DNA of 64,000 bases, taken from positions 2,852,001 through 2,916,000 of the forward strand of contig CATNEN010000024.1 of assembly GCA_950097015.1 (NCBI GenBank), given 5' to 3'. The DNA comes from Macrostomum hystrix. Lineage: Eukaryota > Animalia > Platyhelminthes. The position numbers and the translations under genes were made by a program. Below, piece after piece: positions 56,701 to 64,000 of the stretch. The notes under the pieces are model-generated. The model did no database searches. It was not told the DNA's origin and saw nothing but the letters and a program-made list of their open reading frames with translations. Numbering within the stretch: position 1 is the first letter of the stretch; each line of letters begins with the position of its first letter.

Positions 56701-57784
56701 CTAGTGCCCCCCCCTAGGGGGATTCCAATAATATTGAAAGCAATTTTTTCGAGCGAATGCTAGAAAGGACCCTGGCTAACTGGATACCTTATGAATTAGA
56801 CTGGATCGAGTCACTAGTCTGGCTTAGTCATGCATACCGCCAGAAGTCAGCCAAAGACTCTGAGCACTTTGACTGCTCTTAATCTTCATCATGCGTCACT
56901 GCAGCAACTATGCGCAGTAATTTTATGATTCGCCGCTCCCAAGTTGTTTCGATTTGATAACAAAGCAACCGTTCGACAGAACAACAGAAAACAGCATCCT
57001 CGACCCGTTTACACAGGTAACCTTCCGGTTCAATAGAGCCACAGCAGCTGCCACGGCCACTCATAATTCTTCGCCACCGCAAACCCCTTCGCCAGTGGGT
57101 GAATCGTCAATGTCGCTGGGTCATAACGCATCACTCGGCAGCGGCATGCCCCATAGCAGCGCTTCATCCCCATGCAAAGCAGTCGCGATGCGAAGTGCTG
57201 CATCACTTGGCAACGTATTAGCACCGCCAGCGCCGCCGCTGCAGCTGCCGTCAACGGAAGACGAATCTATGCGAGTCAACGAAGCCAATGGGGATTCACC
57301 TGAGAGATCGGCAGCCGGAGGCGAGCTGAATCGAGGCGATCTGTTGATGCTCCTGCGCAGGCTGCGCCGACCCCGCACAACGGTCCGCTGGCCGCATTTC
57401 AGGCTCAGCAGCTCCCTGCAGAAGGAGGTGAAGGCAGCCAAGCAGCTGGGCGTCATCATGGGCGCCTTCACCGCCTGTTTTCTGCCCTACTTTGTGCTGT
57501 TTGTGGTGGTCGCGTTTTGCCCGCTCTGCGTCAGCGACCGCCTCATGCTCGTGGCCACGTGGATCGGGTACGCCAATTCCGCCTTCAACCCGGTGCTCTA
57601 TCCGCTGTGCAATCACGCCTTCAGACGGAAGTTTCGCAGCATGCTGCGCTGCGAACGGCATCGCGGTGGCGCCCCCGTCAGCGAGGCTGCACGCGCGCTT
57701 CGCCAGACAGGTCGCGCCGCGCTAGGCGCCGCGGCCGCTGTAGTGTCGGTGAATCGACGGGCTCTGGACGGTGAATCGGAGTAA
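44734..57784 (+). CDS. HRH1: Histamine H1 receptor-like aminergic GPCR, 5 exons
   Basis: Phase-consistent exons 44734-44904, 51499-51596, 51944-52181, 53232-53561, 57017-57784. TM1 GN..V, TM2 SLASADFIVGAFVMP, TM3 WLALDYTASTASILNL..LSLDRY, TM5 LKIVTGLLNFYIP, TM6 KAAKQLGVIMGAF..CFLPYF, TM7 WIGYANSAFNPVLYPLCN. Extra exons in the long third intracellular loop are possible. Confidence 0.88.
45130..45560 (-). mobile_element. Degraded RTE-like non-LTR retrotransposon 3' fragment
   Basis: Remnant peptides KYTYLDG, RARLWQSVVETILLF..KTSTL, RLMDSAHSGLLR and RRLQLAG resemble the post-RT region of RTE-clade LINEs; frameshifted. Confidence 0.65.
46088..46240 (+). mobile_element. Degenerate SINE A-related element
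   Basis: GGAGTTCGAAAC B-box-like motif, ATTTGTTCCATTAGCAA, and CCCTGTCCAAGGACTGAAC. Confidence 0.6.
46292..46530 (+). mobile_element. SINE family A copy with small deletions
   Basis: Head remnant, CORE-like block and GTCCATGGACTGAAC body. Confidence 0.88.
47200..47765 (-). mobile_element. Degraded RTE-like LINE 3' fragment
   Basis: Remnants VCEDFRYLGS, LLYGMEAVP.T.TQ.RALDA.YSSLLR, QRWRRLILLG and VLLHQPTERKRRGQ; stops and deletions present. Confidence 0.7.
47770..48120 (+). mobile_element. Near full-length SINE family B
   Basis: A box TGGCAGAGCGG, CTCGCAC loop, GAGCTCGATTCC, body, CCCTTCTGCAAATA plus AT-rich tail. Confidence 0.9.
50016..50330 (+). mobile_element. Full-length SINE family A
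   Basis: Reverse-complement near-identity to 38415-38726, with poly(A)/(TTA)n tail. Confidence 0.92.
50635..50965 (-). mobile_element. Near full-length SINE family B
   Basis: Family body and head on the minus strand. Confidence 0.88.
52200..52460. repeat. ~29-bp minisatellite (AAACCCTTAGCAACCATTAGCAATTCTTAG-like)
   Basis: About 9 imperfect units starting ~20 nt after the donor at 52182. Confidence 0.9.
52930..53177 (-). mobile_element. Diverged SINE family B copy
   Basis: CCTGACTTGCTCATCGTCAGGCAG, GGACCTTGGTGCGGGAGGCAAG and TAGACCGCTCTGC. Confidence 0.8.
53645..55688. repeat. 41-bp G-rich minisatellite (ATGAGGTGGCTGTTCTCTGGGGGGTTGGGAAAGTGCGGCAC)
   Basis: About 50 units in GPCR intron 53562-57016; source of the spurious PPREQPPH ORFs. 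Confidence 0.97.
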
Positions 57785-58529
57785 ACTACGAGTATATATT
57801 GGCAAGCGATCCTGCTGAATAGGACAAGGTCGCTAGCTTACTCATTTCATGCAATTCAAAAAAGTAATTTGTGATAGCTAGTTTTTTTGCGGAACAAGCG
57901 AGGTGAGACTTTCTGTGAAGCAATAAGATTTATATCCATTTCGTCTTTAGACCAATAGTCATTCTCATTCATTGTTTATTGTCTCTGTAACTACGACTAC
58001 CTAATCAGTTTTTAACCATGGAAAATATTACAAACTAGAACGGACGCATGCTTTTTTAATTAATACGAGCGTATTTTAGTCGTGGTTAAACGGCATCATG
58101 ACCTGCGACAATACGAGCTTAAAGTGCAAAGATTGTCACCGGTGGTTTTGACCAGCTACTCGGTGCTGTAACTTGAAGCACATTGTTCTGGATTTTATAG
58201 TACGTGTTGCGATGCCATTTTAGATTTAATGTTACCGCAGTATAGGCAGTCGATGCAAATGAACGGCCTAGGTCGACTGTAAGCGGTGTGAATCTGACTT
58301 TAATGCTATACTCGTATATCTTCGTCTAGAGCTTCACTAAGAAAATACTTACCCTCTTTGATTAACAATCGGTTTCATGCAGCACGTAATTGTGCATGGA
58401 AGCAGTAGGGAAAGTAAGTTGGGATAAACTTTTTTTAGCCGATTTGTCTACAACGTTTTTTCCTCATGAATACTATATGGTTGCATCGAGTTATAAAAAA
58501 GAACCTATTTTATTGTTTTGTACGCCCAA

Positions 58530-59880
58530 GGACCATCCTACAGCCCAAAGAACATCCCACAGCCCAAAGACCATCCCACAACCCAATGACCATCCCACAG
58601 TCCTACAGGCTAAGTACCGTCCCACAACCCAAAGACCATCCCACAGCCTAAACACCATCCTAGAGCCCAAATACCATCCCACAGTCCCACAGCCTAAACA
58701 CCATCCTAGAGCCCAAATACCATCCCACAGTCCCACAGCCTAAACACCATCCTAGAGCCCAAATACCATCCCACAGTCCCACAGCCTAAACACCATCCTA
58801 GAGCCCAAATACCATCCCACAGTCCCACAGCCCAAAGACCATCCCACAACCCAAAGACCATCCCACAACCCAAAGACCATCCCACAACCCAAAGACCATC
58901 CCACAGCCTAAACACCATCCTAGAGCCCAAAGACCATCCCACAGCCCAAAGACACCCAAAGACCATCCTACAGTCCAAAGACCATCCCACAACCCAAAGA
59001 CCATCCCACAGCCTAAACACCATCCTAGAGCCCAAATACCATCCCACAGTCCCACATACCAAAGACCATCCCACAGTCCCACAGGCTAAATACCGTCCCA
59101 CAGCTCAAAGACCATCCCACAGCCCAAAGACCATCCCACAGCTCAAAGACCATCCCACAGCTCAAAGACCATCCCACAGCTCAAAGACCATCCCACAGCC
59201 TAAAGACCATCCCACAGCCTAAAGACCATCCCACAGCCCAAATACCATCCCACAGTCCCACAGCCTAAACACCATCCTAGAGCCCAAATACCATCCCACA
59301 GTCCCACAGCCCAAAGACCATCCCACAACCCAAAGACCATCCCACAACCCAAAGACCATCCCACAACCCAAAGACCATCCCACAGCCTAAACACCATCCT
59401 AGAGCCCAAAGACCATCCCACAGCCCAAAGACACCCAAAGACCATCCTACAGTCCAAAGACCATCCCACAACCCAAAGACCATCCCACAGCCTAAACACC
59501 ATCCTAGAGCCCAAATACCATCCCACAGTCCCACATACCAAAGACCATCCCACAGTCCCACAGGCTAAATACCGTCCCACAGCCCAAAGACCATCCCACA
59601 GCTCAAAGACCATCCCACAGACCAAAGACCATCCCACAGCTCAAAGACCATCCCACAGCTCAAAGACCATCCCACAGCTCAAAGACCATCCCACAGCTCA
59701 AAGACCATCCCACAGCTCAAAGACCATCCCACAGCTCAAAGACCATCCCACAGCTCAAAGACCATCCCACAGCTCAAAGACCATCCCACAGCTCAAAGAC
59801 CATCCCACATCTCAAAGACCATCCCACAGCCTAAAGACCATCCCACAGCCTAAAGACCATCCCACAGCCCAAAGACCACG
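58530..59880. repeat. 19-bp minisatellite (AAAGACCATCCCACAGCTC) with higher-order duplication
   Basis: Direct units; a ~345-bp block is repeated at an offset of 479 bp. Confidence 0.96.
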
Positions 59881-60654
59881 GCCCTATAGCCATCGCACGT
59901 CGCCTGTATTGATAGCAAAAATATGTTTTCTAAATATACTTTAATGAATATTTGGTCCTTTTTTCGACTCTAAACAATTACTTTTGGACTTCTGCTGCTG
60001 ATAATCACTATTTAAGTCGATGAGAAGAAAGAGAACAATAAGCTAACTAGGCGACAGTTCTTTGCTTTTTAAAGTGAGGCTCAAACGGTTGGTTTCAGTG
60101 ACAAAAAGTCAAAGCAAGCAACTGCTTTGCTTAAACCAACAATGCCGACGACTTTGCCAATCGACTGCATTGAAGCAGAAAATTTTCGAGAAGAGCGACT
60201 CTCAATTTTGAGGAGCTTACAATGAGATTATTGAGCAGACATGAGCAGACACAATTAAAAGGAACTACATTGTTTTGGAATTTACCCCACGACGAAGGAG
60301 TCTGGCTTCGTCCATGCTCTTTGCTTTTACCTGGAACGCCAGCTGCCCTGCAAGTCTGTATAACAAATTCAATTTCATAAAACATGGACATTTCCATTGG
60401 ATTTGACTAGAAATCACTGCAACTAATGCGCTCACCTTCGAATTAATATAGCTCGCAGTATCATTTGGAAATTTCTCGACAGAAAGCTTTGGTTGATCAC
60501 GAAGTCAAATTGTTGTCGCTCGGATTAGAGCAAATCCCAAGACTAGCTCATTTTAGGAATTCTCTAGAACGCTTTTACCATACATTAACAACAAAGCCAG
60601 AAAACACCCAAACACCAACTGCCCTAACTCTGAAGTATCTCTGAAGTCCCGTGC

Positions 60655-63255
60655 ATTATCTCCCCTGTGTCTCATCTCTCTCGTGTCTCATCTCTCTCGT
60701 GTCTCATCTCTCTCGTGTCTCATCTCTTTCGTGTCTCATCTCTCTCGTGTCTCATCTCTCTCGTGTCTCATCTCTCTCGTGTCTCATCTCTCTCGTGTCT
60801 CATCTCCCCCGTGTCTCGGTTCTGCGGTGTCTCATCTCCCCTGTGTCTCATCTCTCTCGTGTCTCATCTCCCCCGTGTCTCGGTTCTGCGGTGTCTCATC
60901 TCCCCCGTGTCTCGGTTCTGCGGTGTCTCATCTTCCCTGTGTCTCATCTCTCTCGTGTCTCATCTCCCCTGTGTCTCATCTCTCTCGTGTCTCATCTCTC
61001 TCGTGTCTCATCTCCCCTGTGTCTCATTTCTCTCGTGTCTCATCTCTCTCGTGTCTCATCTCTCTCGTGTCTCATCTCTCTCGTGTCTCATCTCCCCTGT
61101 GTCTCATTTCTCTCGTGTCTCATCTCTCTCGTGTCTCATCTCTTTCGTGTCTCATCTCTCTCGTGTCTCATCTCCCCCGTGTCTCGGTTCTGCGGTGTCT
61201 CATCTCCCCTGTGTCTCATCTCTCTCGTGTCTCATCTCCCCCGTGTCTCGGTTCTGCGGTGTCTCATCTCCCCCGTGTCTCGGTTCTGCGGTGTCTCATC
61301 TTCCCTGTGTCTCATCTCTCTCGTGTCTCATCTCCCCTGTGTCTCATTTCTCTCGTGTCTCATCTCTCTCGTGTCTCATCTCTTTCGTGTCTCATCTCTC
61401 TCGTGTCTCATCTCTTTCGTGTCTCATCTCTCTCGTGTCTCATCTCTTTCGTGTCTCATCTCTCTCGTGTCTCATCTCTTTCGTGTCTCATCTCTCTCGT
61501 GTCTCATCTCTCTCGTGTCTCATCTCTCTCGTGTCTCATCTCTCTCGTGTCTCATCTCTCTCGTGTCTCATCTCCCCCGTGTCTCGGTTCTGCGGTGTCT
61601 CATCTCCCCTGTGTCTCATCTCTCTCGTGTCTCATCTCCCCCGTGTCTCGGTTCTGCGGTGTCTCATCTCCCCTGTGTCTCATCTCTCTCGTGTCTCATC
61701 TCCCCCGTGTCTCGGTTCTGCGGTGTCTCATCTCCCCCGTGTCTCGGTTCTGCGGTGTCTCATCTCCCCTGTGTCTCATCTCTCTCGTGTCTCATCTCCC
61801 CCGTGTCTCGGTTCTGCGGTGTCTCATCTTCCCTGTGTCTCATCTCTCTCGTGTCTCATCTCCCCTGTGTCTCATTTCTCTCGTGTCTCATCTCTCTCGT
61901 GTCTCATCTCTCTCGTGTCTCATCTCTCTCGTGTCTCATCTCTCTCGTGTCTCATCTCTCTCGTGTCTCATCTCTCTCGTGTCTCATCTCTCTCGTGTCT
62001 CATCTCTCTCGTGTCTCATCTCTCTCGTGTCTCATCTCTCTCGTGTCTCATCTCTCTCGTGTCTCATCTCTCTCGTGTCTCATCTCTCTCGTGTCTCATC
62101 TCTCTCGTGTCTCATCTCTCTCGTGTCTCATCTCTCTCGTGTCTCATCTCTCTCGTGTCTCATCTCTCTCGTGTCTCATCTCTCTCGTGTCTCATCTCTC
62201 TCGTGTCTCATCTCTCTCGTGTCTCATCTCTCTCGTGTCTCATCTCTCTCGTGTCTCATCTCCCCTGTGTCTCATTTCTCTCGTGTCTCATCTCTCTCGT
62301 GTCTCATCTCTTTCGTGTCTCATCTCTCTCGTGTCTCATCTCTTTCGTGTCTCATCTCTCTCGTGTCTCATCTCTCTCGTGTCTCATCTCTCTCGTGTCT
62401 CATCTCTCTCGTGTCTCATCTCTCTCGTGTCTTATCTCTCTCGTGTCTCATTTCTCTCGTGTCTCATCTCTCTCGTGTCTCATCTCTTTCGTGTCTCATC
62501 TCTCTCGTGTCTCATCTCCCCCGTGTCTCGGTTCTGCGGTGTCTCATCTCCCCTGTGTCTCATCTCTCTCGTGTCTCATCTCCCCCGTGTCTCGGTTCTG
62601 CGGTGTCTCATCTCCCCCGTGTCTCGGTTCTGCGGTGTCTCATCTTCCCTGTGTCTCATCTCTCTCGTGTCTCATCTCCCCTGTGTCTCATTTCTCTCGT
62701 GTCTCATCTCTCTCGTGTCTCATCTCTTTCGTGTCTCATCTCTCTCGTGTCTCATCTCTTTCGTGTCTCATCTCTCTCGTGTCTCATCTCTCTCGTGTCT
62801 CATCTCTCTCGTGTCTCATCTCTCTCGTGTCTCATCTCTCTCGTGTCTTATCTCTCTCGTGTCTCATCTCTCTCGTGTCTCATCTCTCTCGTGTCTCATC
62901 TCTCTCGTGTCTCATCTCTCTCGTGTCTCATCTCTCTCGTGTCTCATCTCTCTCGTGTCTCATCTCTCTCGTGTCTCATCTCTCTCGTGTCCCATCTCCC
63001 CTGTGTCTCATCTCTCTCGTGTCTCATCTCTCTCGTGTCTCATCTCTCTCGTGTCTCATCTCTCTCGTGTCTCATCTCTCTCGTGTCTCATCTCTCTCGT
63101 GTCCCATCTCCCCTGTGTCTCATCTCTCTCGTGTCTCATCTCTCTCGTGTCTCATCTCTCTCGTGTCTCATCTCTCTCGTGTCTCATCTCTCTCGTGTCT
63201 CATCTCTCTCGTGTCCCATCTCCCCTGTGTCTCATCTCTCTCGTGTCTCTATTCT
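60655..63255. repeat. 16-bp minisatellite (GTGTCTCATCTCTCTC), same family as 1-312
   Basis: About 160 units with a variant unit GTGTCTCGGTTCTGCG; source of the three ~900-aa artefact ORFs. Confidence 0.97.
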
Positions 63256-63799
63256 CTCCCGTTCATTTCGATTCTGTCAAATCGGCTTTCATCTCTTTAG
63301 TCCGTGAGGCATGTAGATTTTCGACCCCTGATTTAGAAGCTCATCAGCGCATACAAGACAGTCAGATTAGAGATTATCCTATCTTGCCTTAAGGTGCAAA
63401 AGGAACGAGCCGGAAAAAACCTGACGTGGACTAGGAAGACAGTTGCTTGGTGTTTCAGAAATTTAATTGCGCACCAGGTGGCAGTTTGAGAATGCGAGTT
63501 CAGATTCTGCTTTAAATTAGAGTTGATTCGGCTCCGAGCAATGGAGGCTCATCGTTCGCTTTTAGCTGCACCTGAGCGACTAATCAGCGAAATGCTGTAG
63601 GAAGCGAATGCTTGCGAATTTTAGTACAGGTGTTTTTTAGCGATTCATTCATGATAATGAAGTGAAATCCAGTGACTTCTAGCAGGAGTTTCTTTACGGA
63701 ATGCATGCAATTTTTTAGTTCATAAAGTCCCGCATTAATGGATTATTTTAGAGAAAAAAATCCTGAGGACGCATGCAGCAAAATGAACTCCAAATTTGA

Positions 63800-63900
63800 G
63801 GCGGCTTGATTGGCGGAGCGGTGCGTTGATGAGTCCGACTCTCGCAACAAAAATATGGCCCTGAGCTCGATTCCACGGCGAGATTCCGCGTAGAGAATGT
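63800..63900 (+). mobile_element. Degenerate SINE family B head
   Basis: TGGCGGAGCGG, CTCTCGCAAC and CCCTGAGCTCGATTCCACGGCGAG. Confidence 0.65.
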
Positions 63901-64000
63901 CTGACGGTCTGAAGATGAAAAAATTATAGTGTTGATGCACTAGCTCACACCTGTGAGAATGACTATCGCAAAAATAATGCACGAATGAACCCCGAAACCG

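Noticed and set aside
60651-63392. Three ~900-aa ORFs (also ORFs at 4-460, 6745-8069, 36224-36556, 53521-55672, 58390-59637)
   Set aside because: They are translations of stop-free tandem repeats, open in several frames at once, and mostly inside introns or intergenic DNA.

Overview
Eukaryotic (animal) genomic DNA. The intron style, repeat load and codon usage suggest a flatworm such as Macrostomum; this is an inference, not confirmed. Six protein-coding genes can be supported. A ~18-exon PLEKHG7-like RhoGEF (DH-PH) lies on + (2075-18265) and an intronless DRC3/LRRC48 on + (19682-21250). On the - strand are MRPL18 (21838-22908), a 14-exon DEG/ENaC channel (27705-35638) and an intronless ZnT/SLC30 zinc transporter (39261-40391). 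A 5-exon histamine H1-like GPCR lies on + (44734-57784). I hand-spliced exon chains for the multi-exon genes and the phases are consistent. The rest of the window is about 10 kb of minisatellites, three tRNA-headed SINE families (one with a MIR-like CORE domain), an internally deleted maT-type mariner, two RTE-like LINE fragments and a MITE-like element. The long six-frame ORFs in the arrays are artefacts. I found no CRISPR array, rRNA or bona fide tRNA. I cannot support a wholly new biological system. The best leads are: MRPL18 apparently lacking a genomic start codon (possibly supplied by a spliced-leader AUG); minisatellites repeatedly starting just after splice donors; a minisatellite born from a SINE palindrome; a GPCR with the vertebrate H1 binding residues; and a furin-site, Gly/Pro-rich insertion in the ENaC channel.
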